Shown: positions 32,064-43,211, numbered from the stretch's first letter. The stretch is DNA of 64,000 bases from Thermodesulfobacteriota bacterium (GCA_963675595.2 CAXXLZ010000002.1:3392001-3456000); one strand, 5' to 3'. Numbers and translations are program-made. The notes: generated by a model not told the origin, from the letters alone.

Positions 32064-33416
32064 TTGCGTCGTCTTTTTGGAACGGACGGAATTCGCGGTG
32101 TGGCCAACGTCTATCCCATGACCGGGGAGGTCGCCATGCAGGTGGGCCGCGGCGTGGCTCACCTGTTTAAAGATAAGAACCGACGGAACAAGATACTTAT
32201 CGGCAAGGACACTCGGCTGTCCGGGTACATGCTTGAAAACGCCATTACGAGCGGAATCTGCTCCATGGGCGTGGACGTCCTGCTCTTGGGGCCCATCCCG
32301 ACTCCGGGCGTGGCGTTTCTCAGCACCAACATGCGGGCCGATGCGGGAATTATGATCAGCGCCTCTCATAATCCGTTTCAGGATAACGGGATCAAAATAT
32401 TCTCAAGGGACGGTTTCAAGCTGCCCGATGCCCAAGAACTGCAGATCGAAGACCTGATATTCTCAAATGAAATCGACTCATTACGTCCAACTGCGGAGGA
32501 AGTCGGCAAGGCGTTCCGCGTGGAGGACGCCCTGGGCAGATACATCGTGTATCTGAAGAACGGCTTTCCTCTCGAGATGACTCTGGACGGCATTAAGATC
32601 GTCATCGATTGTTCCCACGGAGCCACTTACCGCGTGGCTCCTTCGGTATTCGAAGAGTTGGGAGCTGAAATCCATGTGATCGGTGCGTCGCCCAACGGAG
32701 AAAACATCAACAAAGACTGCGGCAGTCAGTCCCCGGAATATCTGGCGCGGCAGGTGCTGGAGAAGAAAGCGGACCTCGGAGCCGCGTTCGACGGCGATGG
32801 AGACCGGGTGATCCTTGTGGACGAAAACGGGTCGATTGTAGACGGAGACCACGTGTTGTCCATTCTCGCGAAAGAGATGCACGAAGAGGAGCGGCTGAAT
32901 AAGAACACCGTGGTGGGCACCTTGATGAGCAACCTGGGTCTGGAGACGGCTCTGACTTCCATCGGCGTCAAACTGACTCGCACGGACGTGGGCGATCGCT
33001 ATGTGGTGGAAGAGATGCGGAGATCCGGCTACAATCTCGGCGGAGAACAATCGGGCCATGTGGTCTTGTTGGACCACAGCACGACCGGAGACGGCATCCT
33101 GACCGCCCTTCGAGTATTGGCCGTTATGCAGCGGAAGGGAAAAAGCTTGGCCGACTTGGATTGCGTGATGGAAACCTATCCTCAGGTGTTGGTGAATGTA
33201 GAGGTCAAAGAGAAGCCGGACTTGTTGGCCGTTCCGGAGATCAAGAAAGCTCACGACTTGCTGGTAAAGACCCTAGGCAACGATGGGCGGTTGTTGTTGC
33301 GCTATTCGGGAACGTCTTCCAAAGCCCGAGTCATGATCGAGGGGGAAGACCTCGCAAAGATCAGCGCCATGGCGGAAGAAATGGCGGAAGTCATTCGCAA
33401 ACGCATCGGTTGTTGA
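32064..33416 (+). CDS. glmM: Phosphoglucosamine mutase
   Basis: [28 protein letters not shown]. Confidence 0.97.
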   Translation: MRRLFGTDGIRGVANVYPMTGEVAMQVGRGVAHLFKDKNRRNKILIGKDTRLSGYMLENAITSGICSMGVDVLLLGPIPTPGVAFLSTNMRADAGIMISASHNPFQDNGIKIFSRDGFKLPDAQELQIEDLIFSNEIDSLRPTAEEVGKAFRVEDALGRYIVYLKNGFPLEMTLDGIKIVIDCSHGATYRVAPSVFEELGAEIHVIGASPNGENINKDCGSQSPEYLARQVLEKKADLGAAFDGDGDRVILVDENGSIVDGDHVLSILAKEMHEEERLNKNTVVGTLMSNLGLETALTSIGVKLTRTDVGDRYVVEEMRRSGYNLGGEQSGHVVLLDHSTTGDGILTALRVLAVMQRKGKSLADLDCVMETYPQVLVNVEVKEKPDLLAVPEIKKAHDLLVKTLGNDGRLLLRYSGTSSKARVMIEGEDLAKISAMAEEMAEVIRKRIGC

Positions 33417-33463
33417 TTTTTTGGAACCTTCGGTAATTTAAACTATTATTTGGGCGGAGTGCT

Positions 33464-34243
33464 ATGGAGAAGGGTCTGTTGCTCGTGCTGGACGCCGGGA
33501 ACACGAATACGGTTATCGGTGTGTTCAAAGACAAGAAACTTATTGCCGATTGGCGCATCAGAACGGAACGCAATCGAACCGTGGACGAGTACGAAGTGCT
33601 CATGGACGGCCTGCTTCGCCTGAAAGGCGTGGATCGAAAGTCGATCCAGGGAGTGGCTCTGGCCTGTGTGGTGCCCCCCATGTTGTCCAATCTTGAAGAG
33701 CTTTCAGTCTCTTTTATCGGCCGGAAACCGTTGGTGGTGGAACCCGGCATCAAAACCGGCATGCCCCTTCTGGTGGATAATCCCAGGGAAGTAGGCGCCG
33801 ACCGGGTGGTGAACTCCGTTGCGGCTTATGAAAGATTCCGCACCAGTTTGATCGTGATTGATCTGGGCACGGCCACGACCTTCGACGCGGTGTCGGTGCG
33901 GGGAGAGTACCTGGGCGGAGCCATCGCTCCGGGCATCATGATTTCGTGTGAAGCGCTGTTTTTCAAGGCCTCCAAGCTTCCGCGCGTGGAAATCTTCGGG
34001 CATCCCAGGGCGGCCATCGGCAAGGATACGGTGAGCGCCATGAATTCCGGCATTGTTTATGGCTTCGCCGGGATGATCGAGGGCATGGTGCGACGCATGA
34101 GCAAGGAATTGACTCCTCCGCCCAAAGTGATCGCCACCGGCGGTTTGGCCGGAATGCTCGAGAAAGTCTGCGATTGTATTGAGGAAGTGGACGAAAACCT
34201 CACCCTGGAAGGCTTGCGAATCATTTATGACCGAAACCGATAG
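33464..34243 (+). CDS. coaX: Type III pantothenate kinase
   Basis: DAGNTN, VGADR, DLGTATT, ATGG. Confidence 0.95.
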   Translation: MEKGLLLVLDAGNTNTVIGVFKDKKLIADWRIRTERNRTVDEYEVLMDGLLRLKGVDRKSIQGVALACVVPPMLSNLEELSVSFIGRKPLVVEPGIKTGMPLLVDNPREVGADRVVNSVAAYERFRTSLIVIDLGTATTFDAVSVRGEYLGGAIAPGIMISCEALFFKASKLPRVEIFGHPRAAIGKDTVSAMNSGIVYGFAGMIEGMVRRMSKELTPPPKVIATGGLAGMLEKVCDCIEEVDENLTLEGLRIIYDRNR

Positions 34244-35135
34244 GGTGTTGATTGTCCCGCCGGCTTCAGGGACGCAATCCTCATTGGGCATCGCCGCGCC
34301 CGCGTCTCCTTTCGATTCGGAGAGCTTCCAAAAGGGCGTTGAAATTCTGAAAACCGCCGGTTTCCAAGTTAGCTGCTCCTCCGGAATCTACGAGCGCGAG
34401 GCCTACTTGGCGGGTTCGGACCAAAACCGAGCCCGGTCGTTGAACGATCTCTGGGCCGACTCCGGAGTAGCGGCGATTCTCTGCGCGCGCGGCGGGTACG
34501 GATCCCTGAGGCTCCTGGAACTCCTGGACTTTCAGGTTCCGGCGCAACATCCTAAACGATTTGTGGGATTCAGCGACGTAACCGCGTTGCTGAACGCCCT
34601 CTCCATGAAAAGCGGGATCGTCGCCTTTCACGGCCCCATGGTTACCTCGCTCTCCGATCTGAATGAAGCCTCCAAGGAACGTCTTTTCGAAGTCTTGATT
34701 CAGGACGACCTGTCACCCCGGATCTGGCCCGATGTTTCCGTGCTGGTACGTGGAACATCCACGGGCCGGTTGGTGGGAGGAAACCTGACGGTGCTTTGCC
34801 ACACGTTGGGTACGCCGTTTGAACCCGACTTCCGGTCGGCGGTACTGTTGATGGAGGACGTGGGGGAGCCGATGTACCGGATTGACCGGTGCCTTACCCA
34901 TCTCCATCTCACCGGGAGATTGGAACGACTCGCCGGTATCCTGATCGGAGATTTCAAAGGGGGACCACCCAAAGAAGAGATTTGGAACCGGGTCCTGGAC
35001 CTTTGGGGCACGGGGGAGTTTCCCATTTGGGGAGACGTCCCGGTGGGCCACGGTCCGAGGAACGAGATTCTCCCCATCGGAATGACCGTGCAACTGGATT
35101 CCTACGAACGGCGTATTGTTTTCGTTCGTCCTTGA
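34227..35135 (+). CDS. ldcA: LD-carboxypeptidase (S66)
   Basis: RGGYG, GFSDVT (Ser), MEDVGE (Glu), VGHG (His); start uncertain. Confidence 0.9.
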   Translation: MTETDRVLIVPPASGTQSSLGIAAPASPFDSESFQKGVEILKTAGFQVSCSSGIYEREAYLAGSDQNRARSLNDLWADSGVAAILCARGGYGSLRLLELLDFQVPAQHPKRFVGFSDVTALLNALSMKSGIVAFHGPMVTSLSDLNEASKERLFEVLIQDDLSPRIWPDVSVLVRGTSTGRLVGGNLTVLCHTLGTPFEPDFRSAVLLMEDVGEPMYRIDRCLTHLHLTGRLERLAGILIGDFKGGPPKEEIWNRVLDLWGTGEFPIWGDVPVGHGPRNEILPIGMTVQLDSYERRIVFVRP

Positions 35136-35169
35136 GTCCGTGGGGGATTGCCGTCTCTCTGGGAGTTTC

Positions 35170-36291
35170 ATGCAAGTTCAGTTCTCCGGAACGGGAATTG
35201 TTCCTTCGGCCGTCGGCCGAGCCATGCGGCATGCTTTAGAGCAAAAGGTATTCGCCGGGGCGGTGCTCCTGGCCGGAGATTCGCAGTCGATTTATTTCAC
35301 CGGGGCGTTCGGGCGCTCTCAGGTGCTTCCCAACCCCTTGCCCATGGCCGAAGGCACCGTCTTCGACGTTGCGTCTTTGACCAAGCCCTTGGCTGCGGCT
35401 ACGGCTGTGGCCTTCTTGGTGGATGAAGGTCGTCTGACCTGGACTTCCGAATTGGGGGAAGTACTTCCCGGGGAGATACCCGAGGACAAAGCGGGCATAA
35501 GCCTGGAGCAGCTTCTTTGCCACACCTCGGGTCTGCCCGCCTTCCGTCCTTACTATCGAATGGTCCAATCGCCGGACAGGCTGCCGCCTAAAAATCCGGT
35601 AGCGGGGCTTGCGGCGTCTGAAGCACTTGCGCACCCTCCCGGAAGCCGGGTCGTCTACAGTGATGTGGGCTATCTATTGCTGGGCCGAGTGGTGGAGAAG
35701 ACCGCGGGAGAGCCCCTGGATTCATGGATCGCTCGAAAGCTGTACGGCCCCTTGGGGCTCAGAGACACCGGATTTCGCCCCTGTGATCTTCCGGGCTTCG
35801 AAGCAAGCCGCTACTGCTGTTCCGCTTATTGTGCCTGGCGAAAACGTTTCCTGCGCGGAGAGGTCCATGATCGAAACGCTTTTGCGGCCCACGGCGTGGC
35901 GGGACACGCAGGTTTGTTTTCCACTGCGGCCGATTTGTATGTTCTGCTGAGGGAACTGTTCTTAGGATTCCATTCCGAATCCGACCGAATCGGTCTTTCC
36001 GCACCGCTGATTCGAGACCTGTTTCTCCGACGCGGGCCGGTTGCGGGGAACTCTTTTCGGATGGGCTTCGATACGCCGTCGCCGACCGGATCCCAGGCGG
36101 GGGATTTGTTCCCTCGGAACAGCGTGGGGCATCTCGGCTTTACGGGGGCGTCCTTTTGGATGGACCTGGAGTCCGGGTTCCAAATCATTTTGTTGACCAA
36201 CCGGCTTTTGGGCAGGCCGAGAACGGCGATTCGCTCTTTTCGTCCAAGGCTCCACGAGCTTGTCCAACGGGAAATGGGTATGGCCCGATAG
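35170..36291 (+). CDS. Serine hydrolase, beta-lactamase/AmpC-like family
   Basis: FDVASLTK (SxxK), HTSGL, YSD, HLGFTG; start uncertain. Confidence 0.88.
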   Translation: MQVQFSGTGIVPSAVGRAMRHALEQKVFAGAVLLAGDSQSIYFTGAFGRSQVLPNPLPMAEGTVFDVASLTKPLAAATAVAFLVDEGRLTWTSELGEVLPGEIPEDKAGISLEQLLCHTSGLPAFRPYYRMVQSPDRLPPKNPVAGLAASEALAHPPGSRVVYSDVGYLLLGRVVEKTAGEPLDSWIARKLYGPLGLRDTGFRPCDLPGFEASRYCCSAYCAWRKRFLRGEVHDRNAFAAHGVAGHAGLFSTAADLYVLLRELFLGFHSESDRIGLSAPLIRDLFLRRGPVAGNSFRMGFDTPSPTGSQAGDLFPRNSVGHLGFTGASFWMDLESGFQIILLTNRLLGRPRTAIRSFRPRLHELVQREMGMAR

Positions 36292-36334
36292 GGCATCACT
36301 CATTTTTCGAACCGGTGATTCACAGGAGGTAAGG

Positions 36335-37333
36335 ATGTCTCTGCAGGAAGATTCGATAACGCCGGAATTTCTTCTTCAAATATCCGGAGCCTATTGGCGG
36401 ACGTGCACATTACACGCCGGCGTGGCTCTCGACGTATTCACCGTGATGGAACAGGGTCCTCTCACGGCGGAACGTACGGCGGAACTCTTGAACGCGGATT
36501 TGCGGGCCACCCGGATGCTCCTGAACGCTTTGGCCGCCATGAATCTGTTGCTTAAAAAGGGGGAGGCCTACTCCAACAGCGCGGCCGCTTCAAGATGGCT
36601 GGTGAAGACCTCACCGGATTACTTAGGGTACATGATCCGACATCATCACCATTTGGTGGAGGCTTGGGGAAGACTGCCCATATCCGTCAAAGAGGGGAAA
36701 CCCGTGAAACGGGAATCCCACGGTGAGGAAGAAGAACGGGAAAGCTTCCTCATGGGGATGTTCAATCTGGCCATGGCCATTGCGCCCCGCGTGGCTTCAA
36801 CGATCGACCTGTCGGGCAAGGCGAGACTGCTCGATTTGGGCGGCGGCCCGGGTACTTACGCCATCCATTTTTGCCTTCACAATCCGGAGCTGAGAGCCGT
36901 GGTCTTCGACCTGCCTACCACGGAGGTTTTCGCCCGCAAGACCTTCGAACGGTTCGGCGTGTCGGACCGGGTGGATTTCATAGCCGGCAACTTCAGTCGA
37001 GACCCCATCCCGGAGAAGTTCGACGTGGTCTGGCTGTCTCAGGTTCTTCATGGAGAAAGCCCTGAAGAGGCCGCTCGTCTCGTTCACAAGGCGGTCCGAT
37101 CTCTGGAACCGGGGGGGATGATTCTCATACATGAATTCATTCTGAACGACACCATGGACGGCCCTCTATTTCCTGCGCTGTTTTCACTGAACATGCTGGT
37201 GAATACGCCTCACGGGCAGGCCTATTCCCAAGGCCAACTAACGCAAATGCTCGAGGACGCGGGGGCGCGAAACGTTCGGAGGCTGGACTTTAGAGGCCCT
37301 ACGGATTCCGGCATCGTGGCGGCCGACGCATAG
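36335..37333 (+). CDS. SAM-dependent O-methyltransferase family protein with dimerisation domain
   Basis: LLDLGGGPG, VFDLP, SQVLH; AGGAGG before ATG 36335. Confidence 0.9.
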   Translation: MSLQEDSITPEFLLQISGAYWRTCTLHAGVALDVFTVMEQGPLTAERTAELLNADLRATRMLLNALAAMNLLLKKGEAYSNSAAASRWLVKTSPDYLGYMIRHHHHLVEAWGRLPISVKEGKPVKRESHGEEEERESFLMGMFNLAMAIAPRVASTIDLSGKARLLDLGGGPGTYAIHFCLHNPELRAVVFDLPTTEVFARKTFERFGVSDRVDFIAGNFSRDPIPEKFDVVWLSQVLHGESPEEAARLVHKAVRSLEPGGMILIHEFILNDTMDGPLFPALFSLNMLVNTPHGQAYSQGQLTQMLEDAGARNVRRLDFRGPTDSGIVAADA

Positions 37334-37462
37334 CAGTCCAGTGAAAACGAGATCTACGGCGTTGCGCCTCTTCCCTCGTCATCGCGACGACCTTTTTGGG
37401 TACGCCTGCTTCATTCCTCGGGATCTGGGCGCTTTGCATGTCATCGCTTCTCAATAATCCGC
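37334..37462 (-). mobile_element. MITE-like element, degenerate copy 2
   Basis: Reverse complement gatgacatgcaaagcgcccagatcccgaggaatgaagcaggcgtacc...gatgacgagggaagaggcgcaacgccgtagatc aligns with 10028-10116; inverted repeats eroded. Confidence 0.65.
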
Positions 37463-37557
37463 AGATCGACCTTTTTACCGGGCTGATGTAACCTTTTGGG
37501 GCCGTCGACAAGAAAACCGGTCGATACCTTCTCAGCAATGAAAACTCGCTCGGGGGA

Positions 37558-38997
37558 GTGAAACAGTTGAATCTAGATGATCTGAGCATGAATCATGTGC
37601 CGGACAAGATACGCAAAGTCCATCTCATGGGAGTCTGCGGTACGGGAATGGCGGCCTTGGCGGGCATGCTCAAATCCCGAGGTTTGGACGTCGGCGGATC
37701 CGACCAGGCCGTATATCCGCCCATGAGCGAATTCCTGGAGAAACAGGGGATTCCGGTGGAAGAAGGTTACCGGCCTGAAAATCTGAACGGTGATCCCGAT
37801 CTGGTCATCGTGGGAAACGTGATTCGAAGGGACAATCCCGAGGCCGAGGAGATGAGGAAGAGGCGTTTGCCTTTTCTTTCCATGGCCCAGGCCGTTTCTC
37901 ATTTCTTCATACGCGGCAGACGATCCATTGTGGCGGCCGGGACTCACGGCAAGACCACGACTTGCTCCATGATCGCCTGGGTGCTCGAAAGCGCGGGCCT
38001 GGACCCTGGATTCATGATCGGAGGAATCCTATCCAATTTCGGCAGGAACTATCAGGTGGGCGATGGTCCGTTCTTTGTGACCGAAGGGGACGAATACGAT
38101 ACGGCCTATTTCGATAAGGGGCCCAAGTTTCTGCATTATCGTCCGGAGATGCTGATTCTTACCAGTATCGAATTCGATCACGCGGATATTTATCGTGATC
38201 TCGAACACGTCAAAGAGAGCTTTCGGAAATTGCTGAGAATATTGCCGGAGCGCGGGGTGCTGATCGCCAACAAAGAGGACGAAAGAGTCATGGAGCTGGC
38301 TCGAACGTGCCCCGCCCGGATCCGCACCTATGGTTTGGACTCCGGAGCGGACTGGTCGGCCGTGTTCGTCGGCAGGGAGGGAACCGATCAGCTTTTCGAG
38401 GTGTTACATCAAGGAGAGCCGTATGGACGATTCCGACTTCCCATGATCGGTGAACACAACTTGAAAAACGCGCTGGCGGTGGTGGCGTTGGCCCACGAAT
38501 CCGGGCTGGACCGCATCCGTGTAGCCGAGGCGCTCGCTTCCTTCCGGGGGGTTCGGCGGAGGCAGGAGGTGAGGGGCGAGAAACGGGGCATTCTGATTAT
38601 GGATGATTTCGCCCACCATCCCACGGAAGTGAAGGAAACCGTGGCCGCGGTCCGACATGCCTATCCGGATCGACGCTTGGTTGCTGTTTTTGAACCCCGA
38701 ACCAACACGAGTCGGAGAAACGTGTTTCAAGAGCTCTATCCCGACTCTTTCAAAGGGGCGGACCAAGTGTTCGTACGCCAACCGCCCGACCTGCACAAGG
38801 TCTCGGAGGACCAACGTTTTTCATCGCAGCGGCTGGCGGCCGATCTGGCGGGGCGAGGATTGGATGCTCGGTACTTCGAGGATACGGACGCCCTTCTAAA
38901 GGGCCTCCTGGCGGAGTGCCGAGCCGGAGACCTGGTGCTGATCATGTCCAACGGCGGTTTCGACGGACTCCATGGAAGGTTGCTGAACTCACTTTGA
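37558..38997 (+). CDS. mpl: Murein peptide ligase Mpl
   Basis: GVCGTGM, GTHGKTTT, EGDEYDTAYFDK, FDHADIY, DDFAHHPT, EPRTNT, MSNGGF. Confidence 0.93.
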   Translation: MKQLNLDDLSMNHVPDKIRKVHLMGVCGTGMAALAGMLKSRGLDVGGSDQAVYPPMSEFLEKQGIPVEEGYRPENLNGDPDLVIVGNVIRRDNPEAEEMRKRRLPFLSMAQAVSHFFIRGRRSIVAAGTHGKTTTCSMIAWVLESAGLDPGFMIGGILSNFGRNYQVGDGPFFVTEGDEYDTAYFDKGPKFLHYRPEMLILTSIEFDHADIYRDLEHVKESFRKLLRILPERGVLIANKEDERVMELARTCPARIRTYGLDSGADWSAVFVGREGTDQLFEVLHQGEPYGRFRLPMIGEHNLKNALAVVALAHESGLDRIRVAEALASFRGVRRRQEVRGEKRGILIMDDFAHHPTEVKETVAAVRHAYPDRRLVAVFEPRTNTSRRNVFQELYPDSFKGADQVFVRQPPDLHKVSEDQRFSSQRLAADLAGRGLDARYFEDTDALLKGLLAECRAGDLVLIMSNGGFDGLHGRLLNSL

Positions 38998-39166
38998 CAC
39001 CGGGAGATGAGGGAAATTCCGGCTCGGCTTCTCCCTCGGCCCCTGGTCGTGCTTCTAAGCAAGGGTCGACTTGGTCCGGACACCCCCTCAGGCGAGGACC
39101 TTTCAAATCTTGAGGCGCGCACACGCCGGGTGAATCGGGTGAGGGACCGCAACGGGTCACGGATTT

Positions 39167-39334
39167 CTACACTTCGACAAAGGTTTCCTGCCAAGTGAAC
39201 CCGCAATTCGGGCAATCGAAATAAATCTCATAGCTGTCTCTGCCCTTGGGCTCCAGGGCGCATTCCACGGGGTATCCACACTCGGGGCACGCCTTGTCCG
39301 TGGCTTGTTCAAGAGTCCGCCTCTCTGTTTCCAT
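39167..39334 (-). CDS. Small zinc-ribbon protein, about 55 aa
   Basis: CPECG...CPNCG; AAGGAG upstream; start uncertain. Confidence 0.65.
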   Translation of the reverse strand: METERRTLEQATDKACPECGYPVECALEPKGRDSYEIYFDCPNCGFTWQETFVEV

Positions 39335-39632
39335 AACCGCCTTGTTCTCCTTATCAGGCGCCGGCACCGTTCATGCCCACGCGTATCTGCCGATAAAAAG
39401 AGACAGTATAGTGAAATTGATGCAAACTTCCAGGCATGATGAACCGAAGAACCCTCATTCCGATGCGATTTTGGCTTGGGAAGCCGGGCATGCTTGGTTG
39501 ATACCGTCGATCGGTATGTGGTAAGCCCGGGCCGGCCCGGCAAAGTATGTATATCCGGAAAATGGAAGTCGTCGCGTAGGGGCGTTGTTGTTGTGCCGAG
39601 CAAATTCAAAAGCCGACGGAAAGGGTAATTGA

Positions 39633-40868
39633 ATGGATTTCTACGACATCTTCTTCTACTTGTCCATGCTGGGTGGTTTTCTCATGGCCTTTTCTCTGGG
39701 TGCCAACGATGCGGCCAACGCCATGGCCTCGGCTGTGGGCGCTCGAGCCGTGACCGTGCGCCAGGCCGTCTTCATTGCGTCGATCATGAATTTCATCGGA
39801 GCTTCTTTTCTCGGAGGGCAGGTGGTGGCGACCATCAGCAAAGGAATCGTCGACACCCAAGCCCTCAACGATCCCATGCTGGTGACTTTGGGCATGTTCG
39901 CAACGTTGCTTACCGCCGGCTTCTTCGTACTGGTTTCAACCATTACCGGCTACCCGGTGTCGTCCACACACGCGGTGATCGGCGGTTTGATGGGATTCGG
40001 CTGCGCTTCCGGGGGATTCCAGGTGGTGTATTGGGGAAAACTCGTCGAGATCGTTTTGTCATGGATCATCAGTCCCGTACTGGGTGGGGTGACGGCCTTC
40101 GCCATGTACCGGTTGCTCCGCTGGGCCATGTTGGACCGCGAGGATCAGAGAGCCAATGCCCGCCGGTGGTGTCCCGTGTGGATGGGATTCACCGCCGGAA
40201 TCGTCACCCTGGACCTGGTGATCGATATCCCGGCTCTGGGATATCTGGAAAAGGATTGGTTCCTGTTGACGTTGGCCGGGGTGTTCATGACCCTTTATGT
40301 CTGGGAGATGGGCAAAAACCTGATTCGGGAATTCCTGGAACAACTGAAGGAGAGTGACGCCGTACAGGCGATTTTCAAACGGCTGCAAGTGTTCACCTCG
40401 GCGTACGTGGCCTTGTCCCAAGGGTCCAACGATGTGGCCAATGCCTTCGGGCCGGTGGTGGCCATTTACGCGATTGCGAAAACTCACCGACTGCCCGAGG
40501 GCGACGGATCGGTGCCCTCTTTCCTCCTCGTGATGGGGGGGATCGGCATTGCCGTCGGAATCTCCGTCTTGGGAAAGAAAGTCATCAAGACCGTGGGCCG
40601 GGACATCACCAAGCTGGACAATACGCGTGGGTATTCGGTGGATTTCTCGGTGGCGACCACGGTGCTTCTGGCTTCGCGCATGGGACTGCCGGTGTCTTCC
40701 ACCACGGTGGCGGTGGGCGCCGTGACCGGAGTCGGCCTGGCTCGCGGTAGTTCGGGTGTGAATGTGGGCAAGTTGCTCCGGATTTTTTCGGTCTGGATTC
40801 TCACCCTCCCCATTACGGCGTTGACTTGCGCCGGCTTCTTTTTGCTGCTAAAGGCGATTTTTTCGTAG
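39633..40868 (+). CDS. PiT family inorganic phosphate transporter
   Basis: GANDAANAM, PVSSTH, GSNDVAN, PVSST signature repeats. Confidence 0.93.
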   Translation: MDFYDIFFYLSMLGGFLMAFSLGANDAANAMASAVGARAVTVRQAVFIASIMNFIGASFLGGQVVATISKGIVDTQALNDPMLVTLGMFATLLTAGFFVLVSTITGYPVSSTHAVIGGLMGFGCASGGFQVVYWGKLVEIVLSWIISPVLGGVTAFAMYRLLRWAMLDREDQRANARRWCPVWMGFTAGIVTLDLVIDIPALGYLEKDWFLLTLAGVFMTLYVWEMGKNLIREFLEQLKESDAVQAIFKRLQVFTSAYVALSQGSNDVANAFGPVVAIYAIAKTHRLPEGDGSVPSFLLVMGGIGIAVGISVLGKKVIKTVGRDITKLDNTRGYSVDFSVATTVLLASRMGLPVSSTTVAVGAVTGVGLARGSSGVNVGKLLRIFSVWILTLPITALTCAGFFLLLKAIFS

Positions 40869-40976
40869 CGGTCCGATTAGCATAAAATATTGGAGATTTC
40901 GTCCGCCTCGGAAGCGGTCTTTGGATAAGGCGCGCGAAATGAAGATTCACAGCGTCGGAAGAGGAAGGAACTTTTC

Positions 40977-43211
40977 ATGAGCCATGGAACCTGTTCGGCT
41001 CTGGACGAACTGGCGGACCTCTGCGGTATCGAACCGCGTTATGAAGACACCTGGGGAAGAGTCCACATCATTTCCGCAGAGATCAAGTCACTCCTTTTGA
41101 ACGCCATGGGCTTTGATACGGGAACGGAAGAAAGCCTTAAGGAAGGCCTGAGGGCGTTGCGCGCGGAACAAGAGGGCGAACCGGCTCCTTCCTTGTTGGT
41201 GGTGACTTCGAATTGCCCGCCCGAACGGCTGGAATTCCGAATACCTTACGGCCTTTCTCGGGAAAACGAGCCGGAACTGATCATCACCATGAGCGGAGAG
41301 GGCGGTTTTAGCAGGGAATCGTTCTATGGGAAGGACGAGGTGGCCCGTGCGGAGCCTTCTCAAGCGTCCGGAGAGTCCTTTGTCTTCTATGGAGTCCCCT
41401 TTCCGGAAGAGCTTCCGGAAGGGAAATATCTCCTGGATATGGAAATTCGTCTGGGGGAGCACCGTCTGTTTCACCGGGCGCACCTGGTCGTTTGTCCGGA
41501 GCGCGCCTACCTGCCCCCGTGTTTTGACAATGGAGGCAGGAAAGCCGGACTGGGCATCGCCCTTTACGGCTTGCGATCGGAAAGGAACTGGGGGGTAGGG
41601 GACCTGACGGACCTGAAGATGCTCATCGACTGGTGCGTCGATGTGTTGGGGGTTTCCACCATCGGTGTGAATCCCATTCATGCCATCCATAATCGCAGAC
41701 CCTACAACATCAGTCCCTACCTACCTCTCAGTCCCGAATATTACAATCTGATCTATCTGGATGTAGAGGCCGTCCCCGATCTGAAAGAGAACCCCATGGC
41801 CGTATCTTTGCTCGAGTCCCCCCAAGTGCAATATCGGCTTAAAGAGCTGAGAGATTCGGAATTCGTGCGCTACGAAGAAGTGGTGAAATTGAAGGCCGAG
41901 TTTCTGGGGTTGGCCTTCGACGCCTTCGAGGCTTTGCCTGCGGAACATCCCCGCAAACGGGCTTTTCAAGAATTCCTGGAACGGGAAGGGGAACGCCTGG
42001 AGGAATTCGCCCTGTTTTTGGCCTTGAATCTGGAATTTCAAGAACTTAAACCTCCGTTGTGGATCTGGCAGGACTGGCCGGAGGAGTTTCAACGCCCCGA
42101 CGCGCCGGGCTCGCGTGAATTCCTTGAAAACCACGGGGTGAAGGTCCGATTTCAAGAATACATTCAATGGGAACTGTCCCGACAGATTCAGGCGGTGGAA
42201 GATTATGCGCATAACAAGGGCCTCTCCCTCGGCCTTTATCACGACTTTCCCTTGGCCATGGATCGTTGCGGCTTCGAAACCTGGGCGTTTTCCCGGGCTT
42301 ATCGCACAGGCGTGCGTGTGGGGGCGCCTCCGGACGGGTTTTCTCCCATGGGGCAGGATTGGGGTTTTCTGCCCATGAATCGGGACTACCTCAGGCGGGA
42401 AGCATACGCCCATTTACTGGGACACTTCCGGAAGAACTGCCGGGCCGATTCCGCTTTGCGCATCGACCACGTAATGCGTTTTTTTCATCTTTACTGGATT
42501 CCCGACGGCAGAACTCCGGCGGACGGTGCTTACGTCACCGAGCACTTCGAGGAGATCCTTCCCCTGTTGGCTTTGGAAAGCGTACGGAGGCGCACCCTGA
42601 TCATCGGTGAAGACCTGGGCACCGTACCGGACTGGATTCGGGAACGACTCCAGGCGTCCAACATCTTCTCCTATCGCCTGATGATGTTCGAGAAGAACTG
42701 GAACGGAGACTTTCTTCCTCCGGAATACTATCCGGAGTCGGCGCTGGTTTCATTTTCCACGCATGATTTGCCCACGTTGGCGGGCTATTTCAAGGCGGCC
42801 GATATCGAGTTAAGGAAGCGACTGAACTTGTTCGTCGAGGAATCGGATTATTTCGAAGCGTTGGAGGAGCGAAAGAGAGACATTGCACGCCTCTTGGACC
42901 GGTTCGGCATGCCGGAACCTCCGGAGAGCGCACCTTTCACGCCCGGCGAGGCGGGCGCGGATTGGCCGACGGAAGAGGTTCAAATGGCGGTAATCGAGTT
43001 TCTCGCCGCGACTCGTTCCCGTCTCGTCCTGCTGAACCAGGAAGACCTTTTCCTGGACGAGCGGCAGCAGAACGTTCCTTCCACCACCCACGAACATATG
43101 AACTGGTCCACCAAAATGAAATATCGCCTCGAAGAACTCTGGTCTCCGAATCTATTGGCGTTGGGGCGAAAGGTCAGGGAGATTCTTGAGCGGACGGGTC
43201 GGACGGTCTGA
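40977..43211 (+). CDS. malQ: 4-alpha-glucanotransferase (GH77)
   Basis: WGVGDL, SPY, GAPPD.F...GQDWG, LRIDH, IGEDLG, THDLPT. Confidence 0.94.
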   Translation: MSHGTCSALDELADLCGIEPRYEDTWGRVHIISAEIKSLLLNAMGFDTGTEESLKEGLRALRAEQEGEPAPSLLVVTSNCPPERLEFRIPYGLSRENEPELIITMSGEGGFSRESFYGKDEVARAEPSQASGESFVFYGVPFPEELPEGKYLLDMEIRLGEHRLFHRAHLVVCPERAYLPPCFDNGGRKAGLGIALYGLRSERNWGVGDLTDLKMLIDWCVDVLGVSTIGVNPIHAIHNRRPYNISPYLPLSPEYYNLIYLDVEAVPDLKENPMAVSLLESPQVQYRLKELRDSEFVRYEEVVKLKAEFLGLAFDAFEALPAEHPRKRAFQEFLEREGERLEEFALFLALNLEFQELKPPLWIWQDWPEEFQRPDAPGSREFLENHGVKVRFQEYIQWELSRQIQAVEDYAHNKGLSLGLYHDFPLAMDRCGFETWAFSRAYRTGVRVGAPPDGFSPMGQDWGFLPMNRDYLRREAYAHLLGHFRKNCRADSALRIDHVMRFFHLYWIPDGRTPADGAYVTEHFEEILPLLALESVRRRTLIIGEDLGTVPDWIRERLQASNIFSYRLMMFEKNWNGDFLPPEYYPESALVSFSTHDLPTLAGYFKAADIELRKRLNLFVEESDYFEALEERKRDIARLLDRFGMPEPPESAPFTPGEAGADWPTEEVQMAVIEFLAATRSRLVLLNQEDLFLDERQQNVPSTTHEHMNWSTKMKYRLEELWSPNLLALGRKVREILERTGRTV

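Noticed and set aside
34227-36291. Microcin immunity or beta-lactam resistance locus
   Set aside because: Proximity to mpl and glmM fits peptidoglycan recycling better; the motifs give only the family
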